A DNA stretch of 64,000 nucleotides from Desulfurococcales archaeon (GCA_015523295.1 WAKQ01000009.1:12805-76804); one strand, 5' to 3'. Positions 38,353 through 48,384 are shown, numbered from the stretch's first letter. A program made the numbers and translations. Notes: generated from the letters alone by a model not told the origin.

Positions 38353-39615
38353 CTAGATCTTAAACTTAGTTGCTGATTCTGTCTCTGCTACTATTTTGCC
38401 TCTGCTTAGGACATACTTAGGCGGCTCGTGATGCCATATCACCTCATAAACGGACCTTCCTTCATGCACCAGCAGATCGGCTGGACACCCCTCCTTGATG
38501 CCGCAGAAACTGAGGTTCATGGCCTTCATAGCCCTCCAAGTAATCATGTCCATGAACTCATCCATGTCTTTGAGAGTCATTGACCAGGTAATGTGTGAGG
38601 CCAGGAATGCTACTTCAAGCATGTTGTTTCGCCCATAAGGGTAATAAGCGTCGGAGATGTCATCCTGCCCTAAAGCTACATTTAAGCCGAATTTAAGCAT
38701 CTCTTTGAATGGTAGATGGAGAGGTCCGGTGTGAGGATCCATTACGAATGACATACCTGCCTTCTTAGAAAGTCTCATGACTTTAAGTAGTGTGGGTTTT
38801 CCATAGGTTGATAGGGCTCTAGCGTGGCAAGCCGTAACCCTGTCTTTCCATCCCATTTTTATGGCTTCAGAGGCTAATATTTCTGTAGTCCTGAGGAAGG
38901 GATCGCCTGCATCGTCTGTAAGCATGGCTACATCTCTATCGAACTCTTTCGCAAGCGTTAACGCCTTTCGCACATGAGATAGGGCATCCTCTTCAGTGAG
39001 TTCAATCCAAGGAATCCCTCCAACTACATCTGCTCCGAGCTCCAGTGCCTTCCTAACGTAGTCTTCAGCACCTTCATCTCTGATGAGACCGTCTTGCGGG
39101 AATGCCACAACTTGGATGTTCATCACGTGCTTTAATTCGTCTCTAACCCTGAGCAAAGCCTTAATTCCTTCTAACCTGGCCTTAGTGTCGGTATCTACGA
39201 ATGCCCTTAAGTGCAGGGTGCCGTGCTTTAAAGCCTCTAAGGCAGCCTTCTTCGCATTCTCATAAATCCAGTCCTCACTATATTTCTCCTTAACCTTAGA
39301 TGCAAGCTCGATAGCGGCCATAGCACCCCCCATCCCGCTGGACTGATATTGCCTCACCGCTGCCTCTCCAAGCATGAGGAATGTGTAGACCTTACACATG
39401 TGAATGTGAGGGTTTGCGAAAGGCTCAGTCACTAGCCCGCCTTTCGCGTCAATCTCTATTATACCTTTAGACGTGATGCCTTCCGAAACCTTCCTGATCT
39501 CTCCACCTGAAATGCCTATATCATATACCCTGTCTGCGGGATGATATCTTAGCCTAGCGTTCCTAATGATGACATCGTATTCCTCAACCAATATGAAACA
39601 CCTATTAAAAATCAA
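38353..39615 (-). CDS. Amidohydrolase-superfamily enzyme, cytosine-deaminase/AtzC-like
   Basis: The metal motif FANPHIHMCK (HxH) resembles the CodA PHIHLD motif. 420 aa, with the typical later His/Asp pattern (ACHARAL, GQDDISD). Confidence 0.75.
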   Translation of the reverse strand: MIFNRCFILVEEYDVIIRNARLRYHPADRVYDIGISGGEIRKVSEGITSKGIIEIDAKGGLVTEPFANPHIHMCKVYTFLMLGEAAVRQYQSSGMGGAMAAIELASKVKEKYSEDWIYENAKKAALEALKHGTLHLRAFVDTDTKARLEGIKALLRVRDELKHVMNIQVVAFPQDGLIRDEGAEDYVRKALELGADVVGGIPWIELTEEDALSHVRKALTLAKEFDRDVAMLTDDAGDPFLRTTEILASEAIKMGWKDRVTACHARALSTYGKPTLLKVMRLSKKAGMSFVMDPHTGPLHLPFKEMLKFGLNVALGQDDISDAYYPYGRNNMLEVAFLASHITWSMTLKDMDEFMDMITWRAMKAMNLSFCGIKEGCPADLLVHEGRSVYEVIWHHEPPKYVLSRGKIVAETESATKFKI

Positions 39616-39653
39616 ATGAGAAGGTATATATGGTTTAAAACGTTCGAAAATGG

Positions 39654-39839
39654 CTACAAGATCTTCTTAAGGATGTCCTCCAAATCCTTTTCTAGTTCAG
39701 GCTTAGGCTGCCATATCACGTGGGCGGCGTTGACTCCCTGCTTTCTGAGTTCCTTGTAGAAGTACTCTAGGCCAACGTTTATTACCTTGACCTCCTCTTT
39801 GAACAGCCTCAGCACCTTGCTCACATCAGGTTCGGACAT
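39654..39839 (-). CDS. Small protein (61 aa) of the FdrA cluster; resembles the short N-terminal extension seen on some long DUF1116 proteins
   Basis: VINVGLEYFYKELRKQGVNAAHVIWQP pattern. It lies 6 nt downstream of the FdrA stop on the same strand. Confidence 0.45.
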   Translation of the reverse strand: MSEPDVSKVLRLFKEEVKVINVGLEYFYKELRKQGVNAAHVIWQPKPELEKDLEDILKKIL

Positions 39840-39845
39840 AACCTC

Positions 39846-41465
39846 TCACCTCCTACCAACTAAGTATTTTTCAAAGAAGTTCCGGGCGGTTCTTTCTGAA
39901 GAGTCTCCCTTAGCTATCATTCCAGCAACCAAGGCCATCAAAGCATTTGTTGGCAGGAGGATGACGCCAGCCTTTCTTAGCTTATTCTCCTGCTCTAAGG
40001 CATTCTGAGGGTCTCTCTCTGTACCCACCACGTGAGCTAAAATTGTCAGATGGCGGCCGCTGTCTGACGCTATTTCCTTCGCCTTCTTTATCGCGCTGAG
40101 GTGGGCCTCCGCCGGGTCTGGATGTGATCCGTAACCTAGCACGAAATCAAGCATGATTACAGCAGTTTCAGGGTCCTTAGCTTCCTGCACTATTCTCTGC
40201 AGTCTAATGGTTGGGTCTATCATTGGGTGGGCTCTTCCCGCAGTGAACTCTTCTTCACCTAAGTCAATAACACTGTGCTCCTTGCTTATCCAGGCGTTGG
40301 GGAGGGTGAAGTCCTTATTTAGCGGTGTGTTTGACCATACATCACCTAGGAATTCTTTGAAGATGACTTGAGATTCATAGAGTAGAGTGCCTCCGGTGAA
40401 GAGGCCTCTCACATATCTCTGACCTTCCCTCAGTTTGCTCAGCTCATCCTCAACGATCTTGGCAACCTTTTCTGGGGGAAGGGATATCCTCTCCAATGCC
40501 TTCTCATAAAGTGAATTACTGACGAACCTTATTGATTCGAGAGATGCAGCATGTAATGTGTTCGTCTGCACAAGCCTCCCTTTAAGCTCGACAGGAATGG
40601 AGAACTCCTGACCGCCTATGAAGCATGTGACATATTTCTTCCTCCCTTTATCCCTAATCAAGTTAACGATCTTTTCCTGCACGTCTGGAGAAGGAGGCTT
40701 AGACACTATTGTAATTACTTCAGTGTTTTCATCAGCCTCCAACGCCCTCATAGAGAATAACGTCATCATACCTCCAACTGGTGACTTCACATCACGTCCT
40801 CCTACGCCAATGCCTTGCGTGATCCCGGAACCCCCTCTCGTGATAAGCACGCTCGTTTCTTGGAGCCCTGTACCTGCTGCAGCGACAATACCTATAGGTC
40901 CCCTGTCAACCACATTGGCGAATGCCAGCGCAACCCCATTTATAATTGATGTGCCGGCTTCAGGTCCCATAACCAGTACTCCTTTTTCTAGGGCTGCTTT
41001 CTTAAGCTCTATCTCATCCTCTAAAGGTACATGATCGCTGAATAAGTGAATGTGTATCCCCCTATTTATGAACTCCATTACAACATCCTTCGCGTATTTT
41101 CCCGGGACGGACACTAGTGCAACATTTGCACCAGGTAACGCTTTCAACGCTGATTCAATACTGTAGTAGTAAGTCTCTCCTGATTCCGCAGGTCTTGTAA
41201 GCAGTTCCTCGATCTCTCTAATTATTCCGTGAATGTCTGCAGAGTCCTCAGCCTTAACAGCGATAATCATGTCATTCTCGCTAGCCCTCCTACCCTCTTC
41301 AGTAAGGAGTCCCTCCTTCTCAAGGAGCTCTTTATTAAGTTCCGTGCCCATTGCCAGGGCCGCATCGATGACTCCCTTGAGTTTCTTCACTTCTTCGCTA
41401 AGATGGAGGAGCTGTACAGAGTCCCTGAAGAAGTTAGTTTTAACAATGTTCTTCACCCTGGCCAT
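39846..41465 (-). CDS. fdrA: FdrA-family protein (succinyl-CoA-synthetase-alpha-like; AllF-type)
   Basis: About 540 aa. The N-terminus MARVKNIVKTNFFRDSVQLLHLS resembles E. coli FdrA (FQDSVSLM). CoA-binding/ligase-CoA Gly-rich segments are present. The ATG at 41465 is preferred over the track start at 41483. Confidence 0.75.
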   Translation of the reverse strand: MARVKNIVKTNFFRDSVQLLHLSEEVKKLKGVIDAALAMGTELNKELLEKEGLLTEEGRRASENDMIIAVKAEDSADIHGIIREIEELLTRPAESGETYYYSIESALKALPGANVALVSVPGKYAKDVVMEFINRGIHIHLFSDHVPLEDEIELKKAALEKGVLVMGPEAGTSIINGVALAFANVVDRGPIGIVAAAGTGLQETSVLITRGGSGITQGIGVGGRDVKSPVGGMMTLFSMRALEADENTEVITIVSKPPSPDVQEKIVNLIRDKGRKKYVTCFIGGQEFSIPVELKGRLVQTNTLHAASLESIRFVSNSLYEKALERISLPPEKVAKIVEDELSKLREGQRYVRGLFTGGTLLYESQVIFKEFLGDVWSNTPLNKDFTLPNAWISKEHSVIDLGEEEFTAGRAHPMIDPTIRLQRIVQEAKDPETAVIMLDFVLGYGSHPDPAEAHLSAIKKAKEIASDSGRHLTILAHVVGTERDPQNALEQENKLRKAGVILLPTNALMALVAGMIAKGDSSERTARNFFEKYLVGRR

Positions 41466-41558
41466 TTCCCATGCCTCACACAAGTTAAGATTTGCTAGAA
41501 TTCGTTATAAAAGATTTATGCTTTAAAAATAAATTTAATAAACGTGTTCTTCAAAGTG

Positions 41559-42476
41559 TCACTTCCTTTCTTCATCTGTGCATATGGCGGTAAGTCTGCA
41601 GAAGGCCGATTCCCCACCGACGAACTTAAATGGGAAGGCAGAGATTAGACACCTTCTGTTCAGGACCTTCCTTATTTCCCCGCCAGCATTTTCAACGTGG
41701 AGCACACCCTTCGGGAAGAGGTATGTGTGCATCAGCTGGAAGTTCTCAGGCCAGGGCATGACGTCCTGGATCTTCTTCCCATGCTTCTTCTCAAACTCCT
41801 CCACTATATCTGGACGTATTCTCCTGATTGGCGTGTTCAACGGATGATCCTGTGATGCAGCGTCTACCGCCGTCCACCTTATTTTATTCTTGACGAGCCA
41901 GTCAGCGAACTCTTTTATAGGTCCTGGATGCTTAAGCATGTACCTCACGGTGTTGGCTTCAGGCCTATAGTAAGCGTACCTGTCATAGCCTGTATGAATT
42001 ATGAGTATGTCATAAGGCTTGAGACCTAAGTTATACGACCTTATCTTCTCCTCTATTAAGTCGGATGTATATATATCTAGGTCACCTACATCCTCACTTA
42101 TATCAACTATAATCCCCTCACCTATCCAGTACTCAATAGGTATTGACGCGATGTCAAGGCCAGCTGAATCGAAGTGAAGAGGTCCATCCATATGTGTTCC
42201 TATATGAAGGGGTGTCTGAATGTACTGGGCTCCAACACCATGCTCGTATATTACTTTAATCCATTTGAACTCGAAGGGCGGATATGTCGGGAATGGTGGT
42301 GAGAGAGTGCTCAATGGCTGAGATAGGTCGTATACTTTAGCATTAGACCAGTCAACGACCTTGCTCCAGTCGTAGGTAGGCTTCTTTTTAAGGACTTCGG
42401 CAGTAAACTCCTCTAACACGTTGCCTGGACGCGGTTTCCAGTTCATCCATCTGTCAGAACTGAAGTATATTGACAT
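41559..42476 (-). CDS. Cyclase-family metal-dependent amidase (kynurenine formamidase/isatin hydrolase-like)
   Basis: Signature HIGTHMDGPLHF (HxGTHxDxPxH). Confidence 0.8.
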   Translation of the reverse strand: MSIYFSSDRWMNWKPRPGNVLEEFTAEVLKKKPTYDWSKVVDWSNAKVYDLSQPLSTLSPPFPTYPPFEFKWIKVIYEHGVGAQYIQTPLHIGTHMDGPLHFDSAGLDIASIPIEYWIGEGIIVDISEDVGDLDIYTSDLIEEKIRSYNLGLKPYDILIIHTGYDRYAYYRPEANTVRYMLKHPGPIKEFADWLVKNKIRWTAVDAASQDHPLNTPIRRIRPDIVEEFEKKHGKKIQDVMPWPENFQLMHTYLFPKGVLHVENAGGEIRKVLNRRCLISAFPFKFVGGESAFCRLTAICTDEERK

Positions 42477-42545
42477 TATTGAAACCTCAATGTAATTACT
42501 ACGGCAAATGTTTTAAACGTTTTTTTGGCAGAGGTTATCATGACA

Positions 42546-43523
42546 TCAATTAATGCATGGATGAATGATGTTTTGGAAACTATCTTCTATCCTTTCATGT
42601 ATTCCATCTACTGCTTTTTGAGTGAGTAAACCTTTCAAAGTCAGCAAGCCAGCTATGAATCCCGCAAAGAGGTATATTCCTGAGTCATGCCCGTAATGGA
42701 GGAGGTCCATTAAGCTGTGGATTGAGCGGTTGATATCGTTTTTCAGGAGTGTGTGGAACCCCATTAGTAGCGAATAGGGTAGCTTACCATCTAGTGATTC
42801 TATAAGAAGAAATGCAGAGGTCTCAGTTGTTCTTCCGAATATCTTAAACGGATCGTATACGATTAACTTGTGATGTGTGATTGACTGAGAGATGTAATTT
42901 ATTGAGCCTATGAATCCCGAAAGGAAATCATCGTAGGATGGAGTAGCTCCAGAACCCAGTCCAATGAGGGAATAGGCGGTTTCAGGTAGGTGAGCTGTTT
43001 TGCTAAATAGGTTAATCAAATTTCTCACCTCTCTTATAGTTTCCATCATTTTGGTGAGGATGAAACTATCTATGAACTTCTTCAGGAGTGAGGCAAGCGT
43101 ACAGAATTCTCTGGTTTCCTTTCTTATTATATCCCACCCTACTTTAGTGAGGATGTCAGCACGAACGCGCTCTAATGGTATGTCGGGAAGTAAATAAGCG
43201 TTATTGAGTTTAATAATCATATCGCACGACAATAGCTTGAGAGTCACCTTTCCATTGCCTAACCTTATTTTAATGACTTCTTTAGCACGTGCGCATCTTT
43301 CGAAGCTCTTGAGCGTTTGAAGGAAGGTTAACGGGTCTAAAGTGATGGCTATTGGACTTGTTATGTTTTTGGCTGTAACTGAAAGCATTTGAAGGTTGTT
43401 TAATTTTAGGTTGATCGTATGTGGGTAAACGGAAATAATTTCGGTTCTGAAAAAGCCCGGTCTTTTATTGAGGCGTTGCCAGGCAACCTTACCTAACTTG
43501 GAAGCTTCTAATACGCACTTCAT
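42546..43523 (-). CDS. DUF2877-family protein (YlbF/AllH-like)
   Basis: The motif GLGSGATPSYDDFLSG matches the G-x-G-x-TP-x-x-DD core I associate with DUF2877. The start overlaps the DUF1116 stop. Confidence 0.6.
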   Translation of the reverse strand: MKCVLEASKLGKVAWQRLNKRPGFFRTEIISVYPHTINLKLNNLQMLSVTAKNITSPIAITLDPLTFLQTLKSFERCARAKEVIKIRLGNGKVTLKLLSCDMIIKLNNAYLLPDIPLERVRADILTKVGWDIIRKETREFCTLASLLKKFIDSFILTKMMETIREVRNLINLFSKTAHLPETAYSLIGLGSGATPSYDDFLSGFIGSINYISQSITHHKLIVYDPFKIFGRTTETSAFLLIESLDGKLPYSLLMGFHTLLKNDINRSIHSLMDLLHYGHDSGIYLFAGFIAGLLTLKGLLTQKAVDGIHERIEDSFQNIIHPCIN

Positions 43524-44797
43524 ATTCCATATTTCTCAGCAAACTTTCTTAATGCATTCTTGAAGGGTTCCATGGGGAAGGTAACTATTCCAGCACCGAC
43601 TTGCCCTATGCCTGGTTCCTTGTGTGAGATCCCGGTATTTATGGTCGGGGTTATGCCTGTAGCAACAACTTTTCGTATGTCTACACCTGTTGGTGTCCCT
43701 TGGAAGGAGAGGTAAGGGATGGTGAAGTATTTGTGACGTGTGTATGTTATCTGGTACATTCTTTTGGTGTTCTCTACAGCATATTCGGCTGTTCCACCCA
43801 CATAGCTTACTATTGCTGGGGCTGCTGCCATGGCGAAGCCTCCAAAGCCCGCAGTCTCAGTTATTGATGAGTCCCCTATATCCGGGTTAGCGTCTTCCTC
43901 TTTAAATCCTGGGAAGAGGACGCCTTTAGGTATTGGTGATGGTGCAGTAAACCATTCGTTGCCTAACCCACTTACCCATATTCCCATATCAGTTCCGTTT
44001 CTCGTCATTACAGTGACAATGGTGGAGTATTTGATGTTGTGCGCAGCTAATGTCATAACCTTAGCTGACGCCATCCCCATGTTCAGAGGGAATATTATGT
44101 TGTTGGCTATGAATCTATACGCTTCTAACACATCTTTCCTATCTATTCCTGTGTTGAACATGTAAGGCGCAATCTCCTTTAGGAGGAGTGCGTTCGTAGC
44201 AACGTATCTATTATGACATTCGTCACCCATATGAAGGGCTTGGGCTATCAGGTTCTTGAAGTTGAGTCCCTTCCCCTGATCCTTCTTATATTCATCTATC
44301 GTAGCCTTCAAGACGGGATAGAGGACCTTATCCATCCATTTAAGTCGCTTGATGACCTCCTCTCCATATGCCCCATATCTTAACACCTTCCCGAGTCCTT
44401 CATTCATGTTTGAATATGCCTTGTTTCCATACTTAGGATCTTCAAATATGAAGACGGGCATTGAAGGGGAAATAACACCTGCCATCGGGCCTACGACGTT
44501 ATGAGGGTGTGTGGGTTCGAACACCACCTCGCCCTTCGCCAGAAGCTTTTCAGCTTCCTCTGGGGTGCTCGCCCAACCTTCGTAAATTACAGCGCCAATG
44601 AGCGCACCCCTCAGGGGTCCGGAAGCGCGTTCCCAAGTAATTGGTGGGCCTGCATGAAGAAGCATCCTGTCCTTAAGACCGGTTATAACCTTCCCCGCGA
44701 GATCCATGCCCACCCAATGCGGTTCCGATTCCATCAACCTCTCAACAGCTTGAGTGTTGGCCTTCTCAATCTCTTCTTTTATAGAACTTGAAGTCAT
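43520..44797 (-). CDS. DUF1116-family protein (YlbE/AllG-like)
   Basis: Full-length similarity to remembered YlbE features: LLHAGPPI.W, GEV.F.P.H..N.VGPMAGV, NEGLGKVLRYGAYG, DSSITETAGFGG, TGI.P.INTGI.HKE.G.GQ.GAG. Confidence 0.75.
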   Translation of the reverse strand: MTSSSIKEEIEKANTQAVERLMESEPHWVGMDLAGKVITGLKDRMLLHAGPPITWERASGPLRGALIGAVIYEGWASTPEEAEKLLAKGEVVFEPTHPHNVVGPMAGVISPSMPVFIFEDPKYGNKAYSNMNEGLGKVLRYGAYGEEVIKRLKWMDKVLYPVLKATIDEYKKDQGKGLNFKNLIAQALHMGDECHNRYVATNALLLKEIAPYMFNTGIDRKDVLEAYRFIANNIIFPLNMGMASAKVMTLAAHNIKYSTIVTVMTRNGTDMGIWVSGLGNEWFTAPSPIPKGVLFPGFKEEDANPDIGDSSITETAGFGGFAMAAAPAIVSYVGGTAEYAVENTKRMYQITYTRHKYFTIPYLSFQGTPTGVDIRKVVATGITPTINTGISHKEPGIGQVGAGIVTFPMEPFKNALRKFAEKYGI

Positions 44798-44969
44798 GTG
44801 TTAGTACCCACTAAAGAATACCGTGCTATAAAGCTTTAAGTATTTCGACTTAAGAGGATTTACATAACTATCCTTTCAAGTATTTATTTAGCAAACTTGC
44901 ACCTTATTCATGAGTCACATTTACTCTTACGAATCAATAATTTTTTAATCATAGGCGGGATATTATTTA

Positions 44970-45734
44970 TTGTGTGGAACCATGTACGAAATTCCTGTAA
45001 GGACAACATTAAAAGACGGTAAATACTCAGTGTATGCACAATGGGTTGAAGCGTTCCTCAGGCCTCCGAGATCGCCGTTACTGGATAGGCCTTTCGAACC
45101 TAAGTTGGTGGAGTTGAGGAATGGAAGGAAGATGGTTATCAGGATGGCGACTGAGAAAGATCTGCCACTGATATTAGATGTCCTTAGAGACATGATCAAC
45201 TTGCAGATTGATGTCGACTTCTTCGACTTAGTGGCTGCTAGGACATACGCAGAAATTCTCGCAATATTGAGAAAGAGAATTAAGGATGAGTGGGTGATGA
45301 TAGGTGTGTTGGATGACGGTACCCTGGCAGGTCAGGTTAATGCAAGGTTATGGAATGATAAAATAGCGATAAGCCTTCATACAATAGTGTTCAAGAGGAG
45401 GCTAGGTGCTGGACTACCTATGTATCTCGCTAAGATGGAGTACGCCTTTGAAACACTGGGCGTAGAGGAATGGTGGCCAACCTTTGAATCCTACTACGGC
45501 TTCAGAGAGTTCGTGCTCAAACTAGGAACCCATATGAAGCCTTACCCGGAATACCAGCATGAGCTAGGGGGTGCTACAGTATTCTATAACACGAGGGCAG
45601 ACTGGGACAACTACATTAAGCCAACTTGGAAGGAACTCCTTGGCACGCGTCCAGTACCCGAGGAACTCTTAAAGATCGCAGAGAACCCCAAGAAGCCTGA
45701 CGTCAAAGAGGAATTCGGTGATTTCCTTAAATAA
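44970..45734 (+). CDS. Hypothetical protein with a possible GNAT-like fold, divergent from the DUF1116 gene
   Basis: The pattern MVIRMATEKDLPLILDVL...GTLAGQVNARL... is reminiscent of N-acetyltransferase N-terminal strands. Weak call. Confidence 0.4.
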   Translation: MCGTMYEIPVRTTLKDGKYSVYAQWVEAFLRPPRSPLLDRPFEPKLVELRNGRKMVIRMATEKDLPLILDVLRDMINLQIDVDFFDLVAARTYAEILAILRKRIKDEWVMIGVLDDGTLAGQVNARLWNDKIAISLHTIVFKRRLGAGLPMYLAKMEYAFETLGVEEWWPTFESYYGFREFVLKLGTHMKPYPEYQHELGGATVFYNTRADWDNYIKPTWKELLGTRPVPEELLKIAENPKKPDVKEEFGDFLK

Positions 45735-45781
45735 TATGAAGGCCATATGAATTTTTCGGCCTTAAGCCCCTTCACCCGGTT

Positions 45782-46441
45782 TTAGTAAGAATATGGAACT
45801 TCGATCACCTCAATATTATTCTTCATAACCCTGAACCTCACGTTCTTCTTCCCCTTGATTCTGTCTAACTTCTCAAGCTCTTCCATTAGCTTAATCATTC
45901 TTTTCCTTAACCGGTATGTCTTCCTATAATACATGACACCTGTAAAGACTACAGTAGCGAATATGATTGAATCCAGTATCAAGTCATAAAGTATGATTCC
46001 TAGATAAATAGAGGCAGCCCAAATCAAGGTATAGAGCGAGACATCAATGATAGTGCTTCTCCTCACACTTCTCTTCAGTCTTCCTAACTCAACCTCAATG
46101 TCTGTCTTCTCACCTCTTCTTAGGGATAGGATATCGATGGAATGCATGCTGAGGAACTTCTTAATAAAGAGGAATACTTCCAAGCTTGGAAAAACCTTTA
46201 TAGTGGGCACCACGACCGCATCAACTATTATCTCCCCCCTGCTGATAGAGGTTAGGAGCTCGCTTAATCGAGGATAAGTATTTCTTCGGGCTACTGTATC
46301 TTCCCAATCGGCAAAAACCTTAAGAACTTTAAAGCCGTGTTTCTTGCTAACTTCTTCAGTGAGTTGTCTTAGATCCTCTCCTCTCTGTACTACGGCATAA
46401 ACCACGGCGCTCTTGGCAGGGTCGCTCTTCGCATCTGACAC
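45782..46441 (-). CDS. Hypothetical membrane protein: degenerate serine-recombinase(resolvase)-like N-domain, two TM helices and a basic C-tail
   Basis: AVVYAVVQRGED...GFKVLKVFADWEDTVARRNTYPRLSELL...VDAVVVPTIKVF...LSMHSIDILSL follows the resolvase catalytic-domain pattern, but the Ser and Arg positions are substituted. Confidence 0.4.
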   Translation of the reverse strand: MSDAKSDPAKSAVVYAVVQRGEDLRQLTEEVSKKHGFKVLKVFADWEDTVARRNTYPRLSELLTSISRGEIIVDAVVVPTIKVFPSLEVFLFIKKFLSMHSIDILSLRRGEKTDIEVELGRLKRSVRRSTIIDVSLYTLIWAASIYLGIILYDLILDSIIFATVVFTGVMYYRKTYRLRKRMIKLMEELEKLDRIKGKKNVRFRVMKNNIEVIEVPYSY

Positions 46442-46583
46442 ACTTGCTTCTCCTATGATGTGTTATATTGATGTTCTTTAAAGTTCTTTCATGCTTTGCG
46501 TGTACAATATATTTGAGTGTTTCTCATGGATTATAATATAATTATGGGGCTCTTTATGGTTTAACACTGTTAAAAATGAAACC

Positions 46584-48266
46584 ATGAAAGTGGATGACTT
46601 AGAGAAATTTTTATTAATCACTGGTTTTAATACTTTAATGACAAGTGATACTATGACTTCTGAAGCACCAGAGGAAAAAAACCCTCAAGAAACTCAATCC
46701 CAGAAGCTTCCTCATAAAAAGCTGAGGAACTTTGAGGAGTGGCGGCGTGAAGCAGCTAAGGGACCTAAGAAGTGGATGATTTATGGGACCGAGGATAAGC
46801 CAGAGTCAATAATCGAGGCTGCGTTTCTAGGGCTTCAGCAGTACTTCATAATGTTTGGAGCTACGGTAGCAGTCCCCATTCTAGTGGCTGGGTGGATCGC
46901 ACAATACTATCAGATCCCGGACAATACTATGAGGTTACTGATCATAGACCTCATCACCATCCAGTTCCTAGGTGCTGGAATCACAACATTACTGCAGACA
47001 TGGCATAAGACGGGAAGCGGTCTACCTATAGTGCAGGGCTCATCATTCTCGTTCCTGGGAAGCCTGTTCGCCATAATAAGCTCTACAAGTATCATCGCTC
47101 AGAGCGAGGGATACCCTGATGTTAAGGCATTCATAGCTGCAGTGCCTGATCCTTGGGTTAGAGCCTCTATAGTCCTCCGTTACACAACTGGGGCCATCAT
47201 AGCGGCTTCGTTCTTCGAGATAATTCTAGGTTACTCCATGTTGATGGGTAAGATTAAGCGCTGGATAACCCCGGTATCTATCGGTCCAACTATCATAATC
47301 ATCGGCCTGTCTCTGTTCGGTGCACCAAGCGCCATGCATACTGCCGAAGGATGGTGGGAGGCCCTTCTAGTGGTGTTCTTCATAATATTATTCAACCAGT
47401 TCATAGGACGTAAATACATTAAGGTGCAGATGTTCTCAGTATTGCTAAGTATAGTGACTGTATGGGTCATAGCAGCAATATTAACAGCTGGTGGATTACT
47501 CAAGGGAGCGACTGCAGTAAACTTCTGGCCAATAGAAGAGGTGGTTAAGACTAACTACTACTTCAGACCCCCATGGATATTCCCATGGGGTCCGCCTAGG
47601 TTCGTGGCTGCCTTTGGGCTAGGGATGATTGCTGCCTACCTAGCAAGCATGGTTGAATCCATAGGCGACTATCACTCAGTGGCAAGAATGTCAGAGGCAC
47701 CACCGCCCACTGAAGACATGATCAGTAAGGGACTGGGTGCTGAAGGCCTAGGATGCTTGATAGGAGGGATATTTGGTGCGGCAGGCGGTTACACTAGCTA
47801 CTCTGAGAATATAGGTGCTATAGGCCTCACTAGAGTGGCAAGCAGGTATGTCTTCCAACTTGGAGGTGCCCTCATCCTCTTCCTAGGAGGAATGATCACT
47901 GCCTGGGGCGCATTCATGGCCACCATGCCAAACCCCATCATCGGTGGCCTCTACCTCTCAGTATTCGGGCTGATAGCCGCCATAGGTGTTTCAGTAGTCT
48001 CAATGGCTAATATGAAGTCATCGAGGAACCTATACATAATAGGTCTTGCTATGTTTGCCGGTCTGGCCGTTCCGCCGATGGCGCAGTCGCAGGCGATGAA
48101 CAACTGGGTAGCCAGTCTCGGGCCGTGGGCTTGGTTGGGTCAGATCCTTCAGGTATTCCTTGAGACTGGCATGGCTGATGCAGCAATTGTAGGCATTATA
48201 CTCGACAACCTACTTCCAGGTACTCCAGAAGAAAGAGGCATGCTACACCCTGACTGGGCATCATAA
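46584..48266 (+). CDS. NCS2/NAT (SLC23-like) nucleobase:cation symporter
   Basis: NAT signature motif ENIGAIGLTR at 47805-47834. Polytopic, 560 aa. The true start may be an internal Met. Confidence 0.8.
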   Translation: MKVDDLEKFLLITGFNTLMTSDTMTSEAPEEKNPQETQSQKLPHKKLRNFEEWRREAAKGPKKWMIYGTEDKPESIIEAAFLGLQQYFIMFGATVAVPILVAGWIAQYYQIPDNTMRLLIIDLITIQFLGAGITTLLQTWHKTGSGLPIVQGSSFSFLGSLFAIISSTSIIAQSEGYPDVKAFIAAVPDPWVRASIVLRYTTGAIIAASFFEIILGYSMLMGKIKRWITPVSIGPTIIIIGLSLFGAPSAMHTAEGWWEALLVVFFIILFNQFIGRKYIKVQMFSVLLSIVTVWVIAAILTAGGLLKGATAVNFWPIEEVVKTNYYFRPPWIFPWGPPRFVAAFGLGMIAAYLASMVESIGDYHSVARMSEAPPPTEDMISKGLGAEGLGCLIGGIFGAAGGYTSYSENIGAIGLTRVASRYVFQLGGALILFLGGMITAWGAFMATMPNPIIGGLYLSVFGLIAAIGVSVVSMANMKSSRNLYIIGLAMFAGLAVPPMAQSQAMNNWVASLGPWAWLGQILQVFLETGMADAAIVGIILDNLLPGTPEERGMLHPDWAS

Positions 48267-48384
48267 TGTTGTAAAAATAATAAAAATATTTTTAAGTAAT
48301 ACTTTACTCATTGTTCAGCTCAATTTAGTAAATTTTGATAAGATTCATTTTAAAAAGTTTAACTGCAGAGCACCCTAGCTCACG

